A stretch of 63,574 nucleotides of DNA, filler included, from Methanobacteriota archaeon (GCA_024860865.1; 6 parts of 6 records of this genome joined end to end with filler, not necessarily neighbours in it), one strand, 5' to 3'; shown: positions 48,751-58,578, counted from the first letter of the whole stretch. Program-made: numbers and translations. Notes: a model not told the origin generated them from the letters alone.

Positions 48751-49107
48751 ATGGAAGTTCAAATAATAAACCGCAAAGAAAATCCGCTGTTACAAAGAAG
48801 TGAAATCGAATTTAAAGCAACCTACCCAGGAAAGCCAACTCTAACTAGAAAGGATTTACAAGAAAAATTAGCAGGTATTTTGAATGTTGACAAAGAGCTT
48901 GTGGTAATTGCAAAGTTGAAGCCAGCATATGGCAAACAAGAAGCAACGGGTTATGCGAAAGTCTACCAAGAAAAAGAGCGATTGGCTAAAGTTGAGCCAA
49001 AATATATTTTATCTCGCGGGCAACCAAAAGAAAAGAAAGCTGAAGAAAAACCTGCAGAAAAAGAAAAACCTGCTGAAGCTAAGAAGTCTGAGGAGAAAAA
49101 GAAATGA
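48751..49107 (+). CDS. rps24e: 30S ribosomal protein S24e
   Basis: ENPLLQR.E, GYAKVY, EPKYIL.R. Confidence 0.95.
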   Translation: MEVQIINRKENPLLQRSEIEFKATYPGKPTLTRKDLQEKLAGILNVDKELVVIAKLKPAYGKQEATGYAKVYQEKERLAKVEPKYILSRGQPKEKKAEEKPAEKEKPAEAKKSEEKKK

Positions 49108-49268
49108 AGAAGTCAGTGTTTTACGAGATAAAAGGCGAGAAAATTGAGAGGAAAAATCCTTCTTGTCCTCGCTGCGGGTCAGGAGTTTTCTTAGCTAATC
49201 ATAAAGACAGATACAGCTGCGGTCGATGTGGCTACACTCTTTTCAAACAGGCTGAAAAGAAAAAGTAA
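49104..49268 (+). CDS. rps27ae: 30S ribosomal protein S27ae (absent from the ORF track)
   Basis: [45 protein letters not shown]. Confidence 0.95.
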   Translation: MKKSVFYEIKGEKIERKNPSCPRCGSGVFLANHKDRYSCGRCGYTLFKQAEKKK

Positions 49269-49310
49269 TGTGGAAATTTTTGTTTTATTTTATCAACTTA
49301 CAGGCTAATT

Positions 49311-49472
49311 TTACTTGTAGACCATTGTTTCCTTATCGTATTTCTCTGGTTTTCCTTTGCTCTTTATAATTTCATAATCGCCAATTATTTTTATAGATTT
49401 GACTTTAGAATCAACTTTAATTTCTAGTGTAAGCCCCCGCTTACAACAAGGACATACTATTTCATGCTTCAA
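49311..49472 (-). CDS. Possible 53-aa protein with a CPCC motif
   Basis: TTG-started MKHEIVCPCCKRGLTLEIKV...; fills the rps27ae-kae1 gap. Confidence 0.3.
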   Translation of the reverse strand: MKHEIVCPCCKRGLTLEIKVDSKVKSIKIIGDYEIIKSKGKPEKYDKETMVYK

Positions 49473-49527
49473 CTTTTATCCCAATTTAATTTAAATTGTA
49501 TGACATAGAAATAAATATAGAAGACGG

Positions 49528-50535
49528 TTGTCTGACACTAAATTGGTGAATAGATTGACAATTTGTTTAGGAGTGGAGGGAACTGCTCATACAATAGGGG
49601 TTGGTATAGTTTCTGGTTCTAAAATTTTGGCTAATGTTAGTCGAACTTATGTTCCAACTAAGGGTGGAATCCATCCGAGAGAGGCTGCTAGGTTTCATGC
49701 GGATAAATTGAAAATTGTTCTGGAAGAAGCTTTGCAAAAATCAAATATTAATTTAAAACAGATCGATGTAATTGCCTTTTCAATTGGTCCGGGATTGGGC
49801 CCTTGCCTTCGAACTGTTGCGACTGCTGCTAGAGCCCTTGCTATGAGATTAGAAGTTCCAATTCTCGGTGTGAATCATTGTGTCGGCCATGTAGAAATTG
49901 GCAGGCTAACAACGGGTGCTCAAGATCCTCTTACGCTTTATGTCTCAGGGGGCAATACTCAGGTAATTGCTTTCGAGAGCGGACGCTATAGGATTTTTGG
50001 AGAAACTTTAGATATTGCAGTTGGAAATTGCCTTGATAGATTTGCAAGAGAAGTGGGTTTGCCCCATCCTGGCGGTCCACAAATTGAAAAACTTGCTGCG
50101 CAAGCAAACGAATACATTTCACTTCCGTATTCCGTAAAAGGTATGGACCTTGCTTTTTCAGGTCTTTTAACAGCCGCCTCAAAAGAATATTACAAAACAA
50201 AAAAACTTCCTGAAATTTGCTATAGCTTGCAAGAGACTGCATTTGCAATGCTAACTGAGGTTACTGAGAGAGCTCTTGCCCATACAGGTAAATCTGAAGT
50301 TTTATTAACTGGTGGAGTTGCTGCTAATAAAAGATTACAAGGAATGTTGAGATTAATGAGCGAAGAGCACAATGCTAATTTTCTTGTTGTGCCATTTGAA
50401 TATGCAATGGATAATGGAACAATGATCAGTTGGCTTGGTTTATTGATGCTTCAACACGGGGTTAGGCACACAATTGAGGAGACAGCTGTAAGACAAAGGT
50501 TCAGAACTGATGAAGTCGATGTAGTATGGAGATAG
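49528..50535 (+). CDS. kae1: KEOPS t6A transferase Kae1
   Basis: GVEGTAH, GGIHPREAA, GPGLGPCL, NHCVGH.E, YVSGGNTQ, DNG.MI. Confidence 0.97.
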   Translation: MSDTKLVNRLTICLGVEGTAHTIGVGIVSGSKILANVSRTYVPTKGGIHPREAARFHADKLKIVLEEALQKSNINLKQIDVIAFSIGPGLGPCLRTVATAARALAMRLEVPILGVNHCVGHVEIGRLTTGAQDPLTLYVSGGNTQVIAFESGRYRIFGETLDIAVGNCLDRFAREVGLPHPGGPQIEKLAAQANEYISLPYSVKGMDLAFSGLLTAASKEYYKTKKLPEICYSLQETAFAMLTEVTERALAHTGKSEVLLTGGVAANKRLQGMLRLMSEEHNANFLVVPFEYAMDNGTMISWLGLLMLQHGVRHTIEETAVRQRFRTDEVDVVWR

Positions 50536-50591
50536 TAATGGAGTTAATTAAAAAAGGCACAGAAGCTAACAAAAAGAATCGAATTCAAAAG
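50517..50591 (+). repeat. Degenerate copy of the kae1-stop/bud32-start junction; second copy at 51546-51656
   Basis: CGATGTA(G/A)TATGGAGATAGTAATGGAGTTAATTA(A/G)AAAAGGC(A/G)CAGA(A/G)GCTAACA, then AAAGAATCGAATTCAAAAG, on both sides of the TA pair. Confidence 0.88.
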
Positions 50592-50681
50592 CTTAAAATT
50601 CTGAAACGCATCTAAGCAGTTAATTGAAAAATAAAATCATCATCCATTTGCACTAAATTATAAAAGAGTAAAGGTAATAAA

Positions 50682-50990
50682 ATGGACATCGATCAAATTA
50701 AAAAGGCAATAAAAGAAGGAAGAATAAATATCACCGAACATGCTGATGAAGAACTCGCTAATGACAACATCTCAAACGAATTGCTTTATCAGTCTGTTTT
50801 AAATGGCGAGATAATTGAAGATTATCCAAACGATTTTCCATTTCCAAGTTGCCTTATACTCGGAAAAGATGAAAAAGGCAGGCCTATTCATAGTGTATGG
50901 GCTTTTGCAGAAAAGTATAATATAGCGATACTTATTACAGCATATATTCCAGCTATTAATAAATGGGTAGATTATAAGCGGAGGAAATGA
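50682..50990 (+). CDS. DUF4258 family putative toxin
   Basis: ITEHADEE, GEIIEDYP.D.PFPSCLILG, PIHSV, ITAY.P...W. Confidence 0.88.
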   Translation: MDIDQIKKAIKEGRINITEHADEELANDNISNELLYQSVLNGEIIEDYPNDFPFPSCLILGKDEKGRPIHSVWAFAEKYNIAILITAYIPAINKWVDYKRRK

Positions 50991-50991
50991 A

Positions 50992-51246
50992 ATGGAAGAA
51001 ATTGTTCCTATTTGTCCAATCTGTGGCGGGAATGTGATGATTAAAGAAGTTGAAAAAATTGTAAAAGGCGGAAGCAATGTTGCTATTCTTAAAGTTAAAG
51101 CAGGCGTATGCTCAAAGTGCGGAGAAAGAATTTATTCGAAAGATATTCATGAGAAAATCCAGAAGGTAAGAGAGGAACTAGAACTCGGTAGGACAGAAGG
51201 ATTTGAAGTTGTGGGACGTACCTACAGGTATAAGGTTACAGCCTAA
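50992..51246 (+). CDS. YgiT/MqsA-type zinc-finger antitoxin
   Basis: CPICGG...VKAGVCSKCGERIY. Confidence 0.88.
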   Translation: MEEIVPICPICGGNVMIKEVEKIVKGGSNVAILKVKAGVCSKCGERIYSKDIHEKIQKVREELELGRTEGFEVVGRTYRYKVTA

Positions 51247-51566
51247 AGAAAAACGGTTTTCAATTAGCCCAATAAAGGGCACTACAGAGATGTGATGTTG
51301 AGGAAGGCTGTTTGTGAGCTTAAGAAGTTAGTTTTCAAATGCCATAATTTTATTTCAATGTAACTCTGAGATAATTTCTACAAAATAATATTTTTCGATT
51401 GAAATTACATAAGCTATTAAGAGATCTTACAAACCTACAGAAAATTCTAATTAAAAAATAAAACAAAAAAATAGAAACACGATTATTGGTTTAGTATCCG
51501 CAAAATTGCTAAAAGATGGAGTAAAAGGTGAATAACAATTAGAACCGATGTAATATGGAGATAGTA

Positions 51567-52205
51567 ATGGAGTTAATTAGAAAAGGCGCAGAGGCTAACA
51601 TTTTACTTGAAAAAAGAAATGGAGAAAAAATAGTTCTAAAGAATCGAATTCAAAAGAAATATCGAGTACCACAGCTTGACTTTGTGATTCGAGACACTAG
51701 AACTAAAGGAGAAACAAAATTAATTACAGATGCTAGGAGAGCTGGGGTTCCAACTCCAATTATTTTTGAAATAGACCGCAAAAATACAACAATAGTTATG
51801 CAGTATATAGAAGGTGAAAGATTAAGGGAACTCCTAGAAAAACTGCCTGACAACCAGCGTGCTGAAATTTGTGAAAAAGTTGGGCAGCAAATTGGCAAGC
51901 TTCATAATTCAAAAATAATTCACGGCGATTTAACTACTTCAAACATGATCTATTCAAGGGATTGTATTTATTTTATTGATTTTGGGCTTGGATATTATTC
52001 CTTAGATATTGAGGACCAGGGAGTTGATTTGCTATTATTAAAACGTGCCTTTTTAAGCACTCATTATAAATTTGCTGATCAAGCTTTTGAAGCGGTGCTA
52101 AGAGGGTATAGAAAAGTTTTAGGTAGAAGAGCTGAGGCTGTAATTAATAGAACAAAAGAAATTGAAGCAAGAGCAAGATATGTTGTTGAGAGAGTTACTA
52201 GATGA
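51567..52205 (+). CDS. bud32: KEOPS kinase Bud32
   Basis: KGAEA, K.R..K.YR, GVPTP, HGDLTTSN, IDFGL. Confidence 0.96.
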   Translation: MELIRKGAEANILLEKRNGEKIVLKNRIQKKYRVPQLDFVIRDTRTKGETKLITDARRAGVPTPIIFEIDRKNTTIVMQYIEGERLRELLEKLPDNQRAEICEKVGQQIGKLHNSKIIHGDLTTSNMIYSRDCIYFIDFGLGYYSLDIEDQGVDLLLLKRAFLSTHYKFADQAFEAVLRGYRKVLGRRAEAVINRTKEIEARARYVVERVTR

Positions 52206-52759
52206 TTTTATTTGCAACTTCTAACTTGCATAAATTTAAAGAAGCAAAAGAAATTTTCAAAAGATATGATCTAAAAATAAAGCAAGTTGGTATAAAGTAT
52301 CCAGAGCTTCAATCTGATAAACTAGAAGATGTTGCAAAATATGGAGTTGAGTATTCTGTCCAGCTTACTAGCGCACCAACTATTGTTGAGGATTCAGGCT
52401 TATTTATTGAGGCCTTGAGAGGTTTTCCCGGGCCATATTCTGCCTTTGTATACAGAACAACCGGAAAAGAAGGAGTGCTGCGGTTGATGGAAAATTTGAA
52501 AAATAGAAAGGCCGAATTTCAATCAGTTATAGGATATTGTGAGCCAAATAAGAAACCAATAATTTTCAAAGGTAAAGTAAAAGGAAAAATATCATATGAA
52601 ATCCGAGGAAAATTTGGATTTGCTTTTGATAGTATTTTTATTCCAAATGGAATGACTAAAACTTTTGGTGAAATCTCTCTTGGAGAAAAAAATAAATTCT
52701 CTCACCGCGGCAAAGCATTCCGGAAATTGTGCCAATGGTTAAAACAAAAATTACGTTAA
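52202..52759 (+). CDS. rdgB: dITP/XTP pyrophosphatase (HAM1/RdgB)
   Basis: FATSNLHKF.E, VEDSGLFI.AL.GFPG.YS, GFAFDSIF.P, KNKFSHR. Confidence 0.94.
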   Translation: MILFATSNLHKFKEAKEIFKRYDLKIKQVGIKYPELQSDKLEDVAKYGVEYSVQLTSAPTIVEDSGLFIEALRGFPGPYSAFVYRTTGKEGVLRLMENLKNRKAEFQSVIGYCEPNKKPIIFKGKVKGKISYEIRGKFGFAFDSIFIPNGMTKTFGEISLGEKNKFSHRGKAFRKLCQWLKQKLR

Positions 52760-52809
52760 ACTAGTATTTCTTCATCAATTCTACTCTATCTTTTAGAATA
52801 AAGACAAAC

Positions 52810-53544
52810 TTATTTTAACTTTAAGTAACGCCACTCTTGTAAAACTCTGCTCCAATCACTAAATTTAGCACTGTAAAAAATATCAGTTATGATATACGTC
52901 GCAAAAAGAGTCCAGAGCGCTGTTATGGCCCAAATGGAAGCACCAAATTGTATCGCAATGATTGCAACTGTAAAAGGCATAATTTTCGTGACAATAGGTC
53001 CTGAGGCGTGCATAACCACTCTAGCCAATGGTGAAGCGCGAAGATAAGTGGCATAATCTAATTTAAGACTGGGTTCTATTTTCAATCCTTTTCCTTGTTT
53101 TCTGAAAAAAATGTAAAGTCCATGAGGAAAATAATATAGAAACTGTATTCCAACCAATCTTCCCACCACAAAGTGAGTTAAAGGGTGGAGAGTTGTTGAT
53201 AAGGTGAATGCACCAACTAAAAGCGAAATGCCGCCAATAATTTCTTTTGGATAGCTTAAGCCGATATAGATTAACCATAGACCAAATATTGTTCCTAAAA
53301 TTTCAATTAGATGCCCAACCCAGATATTAACAGCAAACCATCTTTTCCTATGTACTTCTTGATCGATTTTTCCAATTTGATCTGCAAATTTTTCGATTAA
53401 ATTTAGATCTTTTTTAACTTCAGAAACAACTTTCCAAAATCCAAGCTCTTTGAGCGAATAATTTCCTTTAGATACTTCTTGCTTTATTCTCTCAAATTCA
53501 GCTTGTATTTTTGATGCTTCGTTGCTTGGAGTTGGTTCTGACAT
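52810..53544 (-). CDS. Conserved hypothetical membrane protein
   Basis: Several TM helices; HPLTH, MHASG, SDW motifs (M50-like HxxxH lacking Glu). Confidence 0.7.
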   Translation of the reverse strand: MSEPTPSNEASKIQAEFERIKQEVSKGNYSLKELGFWKVVSEVKKDLNLIEKFADQIGKIDQEVHRKRWFAVNIWVGHLIEILGTIFGLWLIYIGLSYPKEIIGGISLLVGAFTLSTTLHPLTHFVVGRLVGIQFLYYFPHGLYIFFRKQGKGLKIEPSLKLDYATYLRASPLARVVMHASGPIVTKIMPFTVAIIAIQFGASIWAITALWTLFATYIITDIFYSAKFSDWSRVLQEWRYLKLK

Positions 53545-53665
53545 CAGTTATCCCAACTTTGTATTCAGGACAAAAAATATCTAAATAGATTCCTAAAATG
53601 ATCATTTTGCCATAGCGAATATATCTAGGAAACGTAATCATTTAGCAAGTAATGTTGGTGCTTAA

Positions 53666-54409
53666 ATGGGTTTTATTAGAGAGTTTGGAAGCTTAATAAG
53701 CTTTTTAACAACGATTCCAATTCCAAATAACAGGAAGCTTGAAGAAGCGGCTAAACTCATTTGGCTATTTCCAGTCATAGGAGCTTTTATTGGAGGAATT
53801 GCAGGAATCCTCGGTTGGATTTTATTTCAATTTTTTCCAACACTTGTTGCATCCATAATTATTTTAGCATCTTTGATTCTAGTTTCAGGATTTAATCATT
53901 TGGATGGATTATCTGACTTTGGAGATGGAATAGCAACAGTAGGAGATGCGAATAAAAAAATTCAAGCTATGCATGATATCCATGTTGGAGTTGGTGGAAT
54001 AATTTTTGTAGTGTTTGTTTTACTTTCGATTTTGATTTGTTTATCAGAGTTAAGTGTTAAAACAATTTTGCCAGCACTGATAATTTCTGAAGTTTCTGCA
54101 AAACTTGGTATGGTTACTGGCGCAACTTTTGGGAAGCCTGCGCATAAAGGAATTGGAGCGTTTTTCGTAGAAAATGCAACTAAACTTAAATTTGGAGTTG
54201 CAGTTTTTATTTCGTTTTTGATTGGATATCTTGCTTTTAAAATAGTTGGAATTATAGCAGTAACAATTGGAATTGTTGTTGGATTTTTTATTCTTTTAGT
54301 TGCCCATAAACAATTTAATGGCGTAACGGGAGATGTTTTTGGAGCAACAAATGAATTTGCAAGACTTTTAACATTAATAGTTCTAGTTGGGATTTTAAAA
54401 TGGCTGTAA
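53666..54409 (+). CDS. cobS: Adenosylcobinamide-GDP ribazoletransferase
   Basis: FLTTIP, HLDGLSDFGDG, MHD..VG.GG, GVTGDVFGA.NE. Confidence 0.95.
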   Translation: MGFIREFGSLISFLTTIPIPNNRKLEEAAKLIWLFPVIGAFIGGIAGILGWILFQFFPTLVASIIILASLILVSGFNHLDGLSDFGDGIATVGDANKKIQAMHDIHVGVGGIIFVVFVLLSILICLSELSVKTILPALIISEVSAKLGMVTGATFGKPAHKGIGAFFVENATKLKFGVAVFISFLIGYLAFKIVGIIAVTIGIVVGFFILLVAHKQFNGVTGDVFGATNEFARLLTLIVLVGILKWL

Positions 54410-54460
54410 CTGCTTTGATAATGGCAGGCGGAAAAGGCGAGCGATTAAACTTTAAAACAA
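54400..54460 (+). pseudogene. Aborted 5' end of a CobY-type NTP transferase
   Basis: MAVTALIMAGGKGERL overlapping the cobS stop, followed by unrelated sequence. Confidence 0.75.
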
Positions 54461-54627
54461 AATTGGTATATTTTTCATTCTTTTTCTTCTTTAAATCATC
54501 TGAACTGCTCTTTCCAAAAGCAATTAGAAACGGTATCTGCTCTCTCTTCGTATTGAAATAGTGCTTCAGCTCAATTGCAAAGTTACTTTTATATCTTCTT
54601 GAAGCGGAGATAAACTTAGGTGGCAAC

Positions 54628-54894
54628 ATGGCAACTGTCCAAATCAAAGTTTCTAAAAAGCTATTGGATCAGCTGGCTATAAAAGACGAGGCACTAATAG
54701 AGAAATTGATAGAAATAGGCGCAAAACAGGTTAAAATAGAAGAGGCATTAGCAATTTTTAAAACAGGGAAAATATCCCTCTGGAAGGCAGCGAGAATGGC
54801 AGGTGTTCCTTTGAGAGAGATGATTATCCATGCTTCCGTTCATGGTCTCAAACCAAAAGTTAACGAGGAAATGTTGGAAGATGAAACCAGATGA
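54628..54894 (+). CDS. UPF0175 family antitoxin
   Basis: ALAIFKTGKISLWKAARMAGVPLREM; ATGA overlap with a next gene lost at the contig edge. Confidence 0.82.
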   Translation: MATVQIKVSKKLLDQLAIKDEALIEKLIEIGAKQVKIEEALAIFKTGKISLWKAARMAGVPLREMIIHASVHGLKPKVNEEMLEDETR

Positions 54895-54896
54895 AG

Positions 54897-54996
54897 NNNN
54901 NNNNNNNNNNNNNNNNNNNNNNNNNNNNNNNNNNNNNNNNTTAATTAATTAANNNNNNNNNNNNNNNNNNNNNNNNNNNNNNNNNNNNNNNNNNNN
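54897..54996. other. Artificial contig linker
   Basis: N run plus TTAATTAATTAA. Confidence 0.99.
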
Positions 54997-54997
54997 A

Positions 54998-55141
54998 CAT
55001 ACAACCAATTTTGAACAGAAAGTAGAGTCTATGCAAATAGAAAAAGCCTCAGTTCAAAGAGCAGAGAAAGGGCAATCCATTGGACTCAAAGTGAAAGACA
55101 AAGTGAGAGCTGGTGATGTAGTATACAAAATACTACCTTAA
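54998..55141 (+). CDS. Translation-factor-like beta-barrel protein, 5' partial
   Basis: HTTNFEQKVESMQIE...AEKGQSIGLKVKDKVRAGDVVYK. Confidence 0.75.
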   Translation, partial: HTTNFEQKVESMQIEKASVQRAEKGQSIGLKVKDKVRAGDVVYKILP

Positions 55142-55223
55142 AGACAAAACTAAATTTGAATTGCAAAGAGTTTAAGAGACATTATATCAACAAAAATTAA
55201 AGGCCTTAGAGATTTTTAGAAAA

Positions 55224-56504
55224 TCATATTTGAGATTCTCTCTTCCATATTATGTAGGGTGCTGCGTTCCACCCAGAAATCGCCCAAGCTAACCATTTTG
55301 CCAATCCTTCAAGGTCACCCTTAATAACTTCGATTTCAGTTGAAGTATTGTATAGTGGGAAGGAGAGCGGCGAGGCATTTGAAAGGGTTTCGGCCAATTT
55401 TAAAGCCGCAATTGGAGTCATACTAGTGAAACCAAGAGCAAATGTATAGTCGGTAAAATTATAAGTTGTAGAAATTCTAGAATTAATTTCCGCTAAAATT
55501 TTATCAATTATCTCATTTGCTCTTCCAGCTCCATCATATGCACCTTTGATGTCCATTCTATTCGAGCACTTCTGAATTTCTATTAAAACCTTGAAATTCT
55601 CTTTCACTTCATCTATGTCCTCAACTTTCTTCACATATTCTAAAGGAGGGCAATTTTCTGGATAGCTGTAGTCCATAGTTTTCTTAAATTCGGCCACTAA
55701 AGCTCTGCTACAAGTTACAAAACTCGTGGGATGAGCATAAGGAACAAGCCTTTCAAAAAACTTTTGTAGTTCTACAAAGTGCTCTCGGTTACGACTTGTA
55801 TACCCGCCGAGAGAAATGAACATTGGGTTAGTGAGAAGGCTTGAGAAGCAAGCGCACTGGAGCGCATCATCTATAGAATTAAAACTTAATATGGCGCTCG
55901 CAACTTGATCTAAGCCTAATAGCCTAAGGCTGCTGATATCGTTTGTAAGATATTCGTATACCTCTTCTTTAATTTCAAAAGTTTTGAAAATTTCTTGTAG
56001 CCGTAAACTTACACTGCCTTTAAACTTCTTTACATCTTCAAAAACTTTCTTTGAAAAAAGGCTCCATTCTTCCCCATGTTTTAAGCCCGCTAAAATAAAA
56101 CTTAAACGCAATATCGGCGGTATATGTCTTTGCTCTTTTAACTCCATCTCTTCGAAAAACTTGTTGAACCAGCTACCATATTTATCTAGATCACTTACCA
56201 AAATAGGAATGATTTTCTCATCTCTTACCAACTGAGCGAATTCGCTCAATTTCAATCTATAAACTTTTTCAAACAACTCTTGGTTCCTGAAGGGAATTAG
56301 CGGAACTATTATTTTTTTCATAAAAGGTAGTTGGAAGTGTACTGGCACCCCAGAAAACCAGTTCCCATACGGTTCCTCAAACATAAAGTCTGGGAAAATG
56401 CTCTTAACGTCAAATTTTTCTTTCTTTGAAAGATCTTCTGAAGCCCTGATCAATGATTCTTTTTCCTTTTCCCACCAAACTTCGCGCCAATCTGTATTAG
56501 GCAT
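55224..56504 (-). CDS. Hypothetical protein (426 aa)
   Basis: Long ORF; no family recognised. Confidence 0.7.
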   Translation of the reverse strand: MPNTDWREVWWEKEKESLIRASEDLSKKEKFDVKSIFPDFMFEEPYGNWFSGVPVHFQLPFMKKIIVPLIPFRNQELFEKVYRLKLSEFAQLVRDEKIIPILVSDLDKYGSWFNKFFEEMELKEQRHIPPILRLSFILAGLKHGEEWSLFSKKVFEDVKKFKGSVSLRLQEIFKTFEIKEEVYEYLTNDISSLRLLGLDQVASAILSFNSIDDALQCACFSSLLTNPMFISLGGYTSRNREHFVELQKFFERLVPYAHPTSFVTCSRALVAEFKKTMDYSYPENCPPLEYVKKVEDIDEVKENFKVLIEIQKCSNRMDIKGAYDGAGRANEIIDKILAEINSRISTTYNFTDYTFALGFTSMTPIAALKLAETLSNASPLSFPLYNTSTEIEVIKGDLEGLAKWLAWAISGWNAAPYIIWKRESQI

Positions 56505-56626
56505 AGGGTATTGTATGCTCTGTAAATTTTAATACTTATCGTCATTTTAATTTCTATTTTTTTAGACAAAATAATTTCAGAAAACTAAGAAAAATAGCTT
56601 TAATTAAGAAAACTAAAATTCATTTT

Positions 56627-57535
56627 ATGCCAGTAAAATACGAATTAATCCACTGTAAAAGCATTTTGAATCGATTGAAACGGCCGGATGATTGGTTTTT
56701 GTGCAGTTACACTTTAAATCCTTACAGAGGATGCCAACATGCGTGCCAATACTGTTATGTTCAAAGCGAGAAATACCTGCCATTTAGCAATATTGAAGAG
56801 TTCTCTAAGACTATTCAAGTCAAAGTTAATGCGCCACAAGTGCTCAAAAAAGAGTTATCGAAATTAAGAGACAAGGCTATTGTGGCAGTAGGCAGCGCAA
56901 CAGATCCATATCAACCTGTGGAACAAGAATATCGCATAACTCGAAAAGTTTTGGATGTACTAAATGACCGCAACTTTCCGTGTCACATTTTAACAAAATC
57001 AGATTTGGTTTTACGTGATGTAGATATATTATCAGAAATTTCTAAAAAATCTTGGTGCGTAGTCTCGTTTACCATAACAACGTTAGATGCAAATTTAGTA
57101 AAAATGCTCGAGCCTCGTGCTCCATCTCCAGAGAGAAGATTGCAAGCGATAAAAAAATTATCTGATGTTGGAATAGTAGCTGGTGTTACATTTATGCCAA
57201 TCATTCCATATCTTTGCGATACTAATGAAAATTTGGAGAAAGTTGTTAAAGGATCTGCCGCTAGCGGTGCAAAATATGTTATAGCTGGAGGAATGACATT
57301 AAGGGATAACCAAAAGATTCGCTTTGTGAATTTACTTAAAACAAACTTTCCGAAGCTGATTAAAAAATATGAAAAATTGTATGGTGACAAAATCAGCCCA
57401 GATAGAGCATACGAAACAAAAATAGAGCAAAAAGTTGCGGATTTCTGCAAAAAATATAGAGTAAGGGATAGAGTTCCAAAATATATTCCAAGCAGTCGAA
57501 AAATACAAACGAAAATTGATTACCAATACCAATAA
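56627..57535 (+). CDS. Radical SAM protein (SplB-like, DNA-repair-associated family)
   Basis: NPYRGCQHACQYCY, SATDPYQP.E, LTKS.LV.RD, LEPRAPSP..RL. Confidence 0.9.
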   Translation: MPVKYELIHCKSILNRLKRPDDWFLCSYTLNPYRGCQHACQYCYVQSEKYLPFSNIEEFSKTIQVKVNAPQVLKKELSKLRDKAIVAVGSATDPYQPVEQEYRITRKVLDVLNDRNFPCHILTKSDLVLRDVDILSEISKKSWCVVSFTITTLDANLVKMLEPRAPSPERRLQAIKKLSDVGIVAGVTFMPIIPYLCDTNENLEKVVKGSAASGAKYVIAGGMTLRDNQKIRFVNLLKTNFPKLIKKYEKLYGDKISPDRAYETKIEQKVADFCKKYRVRDRVPKYIPSSRKIQTKIDYQYQ

Positions 57536-57751
57536 TTAAAGATAGGTTTTTCTATTTCACCTTTTGTTCCACATACTTTTCCGTTAATCTAACTATTTTG
57601 AGCCCAAAATAAACTGTTAAGATTAGTATTGTTGTAAAGAATACTATCGACATATCTTTGACTGAACTTGCTGGAAAGTTACATATTTCAAAGTCAACTT
57701 TATGGGAACACTTGAGAACGATTGAAAAGAAAATCCTGTCGAAATCTTAGT

Positions 57752-58165
57752 TCACGGTAGGATTGAGAATCCATACTGTTTAAAATGTTCATCGTAAGCA
57801 AATGCTGTTTGTATTCCCTCTGCCTCCATAATTGCAAAAGATGTACAATCAGTAAAACTAAAATCCTTGTCAGAATACTCTTTAAAAATTTTCCATGCTT
57901 TTTCTTCAACTTCCTCAGAAATCCTAAGTATTTTTATAGCCTTAGACTTTCGCATTTTTTCTCCAAAAGTAACGGCAGCTTTATGGTTACATGCATATCT
58001 AAGTAAAGTCAATGTTTCATCAATAGCATAATTGGAAGTATACAAAAAGCGGAACTTTGTCCCCTTTTTTCGCAGCTCATCCCTAAAATCAATTGCTGAG
58101 ATATGATTCTTATCAGACTCATCTTCAAGGGCTAGAAAAGCGCTAGTATCTATGAACAGTAGCAC
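57752..58165 (-). CDS. VapC/PIN toxin
   Basis: FIDTSAFLA, TSNYAIDET, FSFTDCTSF, DEHF. Confidence 0.92.
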   Translation of the reverse strand: MLLFIDTSAFLALEDESDKNHISAIDFRDELRKKGTKFRFLYTSNYAIDETLTLLRYACNHKAAVTFGEKMRKSKAIKILRISEEVEEKAWKIFKEYSDKDFSFTDCTSFAIMEAEGIQTAFAYDEHFKQYGFSILP

Positions 58166-58167
58166 TT

Positions 58168-58404
58168 TTATTTCCTCTTTTTGTAAAGGTATTTATCGTG
58201 TTTTTCAGAGATGTCGGTCACTCCACTTTTACCAGAAGGCGGTTCCGTGAAAAATGGATCGCCTGCATTTATTTCAATCTCATGAATGATGTAGCGCCTT
58301 ATCGCCTCCCTTAAGCCGTCCTTTAGACTTAATCTTTTTGCTCTCAATGCCGCCAAAAGTGCCTTATATTCTTCTTTCTCCAGCTTTGTTTGTACTACTT
58401 TCAT
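58168..58404 (-). CDS. RHH-type antitoxin
   Basis: VVQTKL...SLKDGLREAIRRY...DISEKHDKYLY. Confidence 0.85.
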   Translation of the reverse strand: MKVVQTKLEKEEYKALLAALRAKRLSLKDGLREAIRRYIIHEIEINAGDPFFTEPPSGKSGVTDISEKHDKYLYKKRK

Positions 58405-58436
58405 GTTTTTTCACTTCTAAACATTTTTATTTTAAT

Positions 58437-58483
58437 TACATGTATTTGAGTTTTGCATGTATTTAAGCAATACATGTATTTGA
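58437..58483. promoter_or_regulatory. Three operator-like repeats at 17-bp spacing upstream of the antitoxin
   Basis: TACATGTATTTGA (58437), TGCATGTATTTAA (58454), TACATGTATTTGA (58471). Confidence 0.7.
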
Positions 58484-58578
58484 AAAAGTTGTATATAAAG
58501 ACATATCCTCAAAATCCTAAAAACCTTACTGCCACATGTAAAAAACAGGCAAAAAAGTTGGCAGTAATTAAATGCCAT

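Noticed and set aside
51555-51566. Bud32 start at ATG 51555
   Set aside because: That ATG is part of the duplicated kae1 end (GTA TGG AGA TAG); the ATG at 51567 matches the original junction
58437-58483. Short periodic repeats as a CRISPR array
   Set aside because: 13-bp units with 4-bp gaps; no spacers and no cas genes. No CRISPR array was found in the window
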